From: Polyangiales bacterium
Lineage (GTDB): Bacteria > Myxococcota_A > Polyangia > Polyangiales > Polyangiaceae
Assembly: GCA_038210445.1 (NCBI GenBank)
Contig: JBBQWQ010000021.1
Coordinates: 53,681-117,680, forward strand
Length of the DNA: 64,000 nt
Direction: 5' to 3'
Below, piece by piece: positions 61,885-64,000 of the stretch. The notes under the pieces are model-generated. The model was not told where the DNA came from. It did no database searches and worked only from the letters and a program-made list of their open reading frames with translations. A program made the translations under genes and the position numbers. Numbering within the stretch: position 1 is the first letter of the stretch; every line of letters begins with the position of its first letter.

Positions 61885-63221
61885 TCCACTTCTCCTGCCT
61901 TGTAGACGCGCTTGGGAACGAAGGCCCCATTCACGATCTGGTAAACTGCGTAGTCGGGACTGGCGCTGCCATCGGGCCGAAAAAGGAGCTGCTGCGATGC
62001 TCCAAGGTAGGCCAGGCGCTCGCCACGCCGCACGGTGGCGAACAAGCCTTTGATGTCCTCGAAGGTCTTCAGGTCGCCGATGCTGGTCAGCTCGAGAATG
62101 GCGGTGCGCAGCGCAACTGCGTCGGACGCAGTCTGCGCCTGCTCGATGGCCAGGGCCATGAGCACGACCGCATCGTAGGCCGCCGCCGCGGTGAAGCTCG
62201 GCACCTCGGGGAACTGGGACTGGTAAAGCACGCGAAAGCGCTCGAAGTTGGTGGCGTCGGGAGAGGCCGCGAAGAGAAACGTGCCTTCGGCGGCGCTGTC
62301 CTTGCGCGGGTTGCTCGGCGAGGCGAGCGATCGGGTCACGAAGCTGTCTTGGCGGAGCGAGTCGGAAGCGAGCGTCTGAACCTTGGAGAGGTCGAGGCCC
62401 TTTTGCGCTGCCGCGTCACGAAAGGCAATCATGTAGCGGCTACCCACTTCGACCGACCCGATGACCACCTGGCAAGGGGCGTCTTTGCCCACCATTCCCT
62501 GCACGATGCGATTGGCGTAATCGGAATAGGCGGTGGGCGCCTCGAGCTTCGAGCTCATGGTGATGGTGTCGGCGAGGGCCGAGCCGCGGCTTCGCCACTT
62601 GGCGCTCAGCTCGTTGACCACGGTTTGGCCGTAGGCGTCGTCGGCCACCACGATGGAGAGACTCCGGCAGAACGGCGGAACCTCGTTGGGCCCGAAGAAG
62701 CCCAGCTTGGCCAGGCCCTTGCCCTGTTGCGCGTCGGAGGGAGAGGCGCGAAAGAACGGCCTCGAGCCGACTCTGCTGGCCACCGAGGTGGTGGTCGCGC
62801 TTGCCGAGAACACGACCACCTGGTCTGCCTGAACCAGGGGGTCCATGGCGATGGCAGCTTCGTTCGAGGTGCCGCCCAGCACGCCCACCACGCCTTGGCC
62901 GACCAGCTCGTCGAGCTTGGTCGCGGCAATGGCGCCGCTCGACGCGTCGTCGACGATGCGGAGCTCGATGGGCCTTCCCAAGACGCCGCCGATAGCGTTG
63001 ATCTGTTGCTGCGCAACCTTGGCGCCCCGCAGCTCGTCGTTGCCCACGCCTGCGAACGAGCCCGTGAGCGAAACCACCACGCCCAGCGTGATCTTGTCGA
63101 CCGGCGTCGCCGTGACCTCGAACTTCTTCGAGGAGGCGCAGTGACCGGAGAGGATGGAACTGACGACCAGCGCTCCCATGAGGGCGGCACTGGGTCGTCG
63201 CTTTGTGTTGTTGTTTGGCAT
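61881..63221 (-). CDS. periplasmic solute-binding protein, type-1 PBP (branched-chain amino acid/Liv-like ABC receptor family)
   Basis: ATG 63221 with a signal peptide. The Peripla_BP_6-like motifs are TLGVVVSLTGSFAGVGNDELRGAKVA and GVVGVLGGTSNEAA. Confidence 0.8.
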   Translation of the reverse strand: MPNNNTKRRPSAALMGALVVSSILSGHCASSKKFEVTATPVDKITLGVVVSLTGSFAGVGNDELRGAKVAQQQINAIGGVLGRPIELRIVDDASSGAIAATKLDELVGQGVVGVLGGTSNEAAIAMDPLVQADQVVVFSASATTTSVASRVGSRPFFRASPSDAQQGKGLAKLGFFGPNEVPPFCRSLSIVVADDAYGQTVVNELSAKWRSRGSALADTITMSSKLEAPTAYSDYANRIVQGMVGKDAPCQVVIGSVEVGSRYMIAFRDAAAQKGLDLSKVQTLASDSLRQDSFVTRSLASPSNPRKDSAAEGTFLFAASPDATNFERFRVLYQSQFPEVPSFTAAAAYDAVVLMALAIEQAQTASDAVALRTAILELTSIGDLKTFEDIKGLFATVRRGERLAYLGASQQLLFRPDGSASPDYAVYQIVNGAFVPKRVYKAGEVE

Positions 63222-63265
63222 CGAAATTACTGTGCGGCGGTTGGATGAGACGGAGGCGCGGCCGC

Positions 63266-64000
63266 CTAGTTGCAGTTGAAAGTGCCCACGAGCTTCTTCT
63301 GCTCGGCGCTGTAGGTCTGCCCGGTTGCGTCGAAGAAGAAGGGCTCGCCGGCGCCGTCGAGCTTGACGCAATAGATTGTGTAGTCGCCTGGCGCCTCGCC
63401 CTTCGAGACGTCAAAGTCGAGCGACCCCGAAGCGCCATTGAAGTTGATGCCGCGACCCTCATTCATGAGCTGTAGCCCTTGCGCCAACCCCACCGGGCCG
63501 ACGTCGATGCGCGGAGTGACGCCCGCTGTCTTGGCGAGCCCCTTGGCGAAGTCGGCTCCGGTGAGGAGCCCATCCTTGGTCGCCGCGGCGTACGCCAACA
63601 GGTAGATGGCGTCGTAGGCCTCGGCCATGCCGTACGAGATGCCGCTGGCACCCGGGAACGCAACCTTGTAGCGGTCGTTGAAGAAGCTGTCGGCGAGCGA
63701 GGTGGGAACGCCAGGCACCACGCCGCGGACGCGGGTGCGCAGCGACGCATTGGCCTTGATCGCAGCGAGGAGCTCGGGTGTCCGCGGCCCGTCGGGCGTC
63801 AGGTAGGTGGGCTTCTTGTTGGCCACCACCCCTTCGTAGGGGACCAAGATGCCGGTGATGGTCTCGGTGGTGCCGGCGAGCAACACCACGTCGGGCCGCG
63901 CAGTGCCGAGCGTCGTGGCGGCGGCGGCGAGATCGGTGGCGCTGCCTTCGGTGTACGTCAGGTCGACGAAGTTGGTGGCGTTCGCCGCGTCCGAAACGGG
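63266..64000 (-). CDS. second type-1 periplasmic solute-binding protein (paralog), 5' end beyond window
   Basis: The C-terminal 245 codons are visible. The reading frame stays open to position 64000 (...DLTYTEGSATDLAAAATTLGTARPDVVLLAGTTE...). It resembles the upstream PBP paralog. Confidence 0.7.
   Translation of the reverse strand, partial: PVSDAANATNFVDLTYTEGSATDLAAAATTLGTARPDVVLLAGTTETITGILVPYEGVVANKKPTYLTPDGPRTPELLAAIKANASLRTRVRGVVPGVPTSLADSFFNDRYKVAFPGASGISYGMAEAYDAIYLLAYAAATKDGLLTGADFAKGLAKTAGVTPRIDVGPVGLAQGLQLMNEGRGINFNGASGSLDFDVSKGEAPGDYTIYCVKLDGAGEPFFFDATGQTYSAEQKKLVGTFNCN

Overview
This 64-kb window is very high-GC DNA (about 70%) with strongly GC3-biased coding on both strands. 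Roughly 50 genes are supportable. No rRNA, tRNA, CRISPR array, transposase or integrase was recognisable by eye. Many of the long six-frame ORFs are antisense or frame artefacts of the GC content; real genes were picked by recognisable protein families, signal peptides, RBS and start-codon context, and stop/start overlaps. The caller uses GTG and TTG as starts, so several listed starts were moved to better-supported ATG or GTG codons.

The gene content suggests a myxobacterial-type chromosome (inference). It includes an FHA/sigma-54 activator divergent from a Ser/Thr kinase, a second Ser/Thr kinase with a C-terminal PEGA domain, many lipoproteins, CxxDA[DE]C Cys-rich repeat proteins, an SBBP beta-propeller lipoprotein and a secreted HEAT-repeat protein.

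The window falls into five blocks.

1. 0.06-7.8 kb: a VIT1/CCC1-family transporter gene, an FMN reductase gene, and an assimilatory sulfate-reduction cluster. On the minus strand a PQ-loop membrane protein, cysH, a sirC-like gene, cobA and cysI are chained by GTGA/ATGA overlaps. cysD and cysN lie divergently on the plus strand.

2. 7.8-25.6 kb: a PHP-domain phosphoesterase, tandem DJ-1/PfpI paralogs with a divergent LysR gene, a Rieske-fusion protein, Cys-rich secreted proteins, a PuuD-like membrane cytochrome c, zinc-ribbon proteins, and the FHA-sigma54 activator with its divergent kinase.

3. 26.6-38.6 kb: the most interesting locus. It holds a GYS-filter cation-channel gene coupled to an NfeD/YqiJ-like OB-fold gene, a VWA lipoprotein gene, and a flotillin (SPFH) gene lying 5 bp upstream of a 1853-aa protein. 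That protein has a long coiled-coil region, a single MoxR-like AAA+ module and a C-terminal PilZ-like beta-barrel. I found no described precedent for a flotillin paired with this architecture.

4. 38.9-58.4 kb: a region rich in secreted proteins and lipoproteins, including a periplasmic lipoprotein KatG, a secreted adenosine-deaminase-family protein and a PhnB/VOC protein.

5. 58.7-64 kb: a minus-strand operon of a solute-binding protein, a lipoprotein, the PEGA-domain Ser/Thr kinase and a TPR-like secreted protein, followed by a second solute-binding protein gene running off the window.
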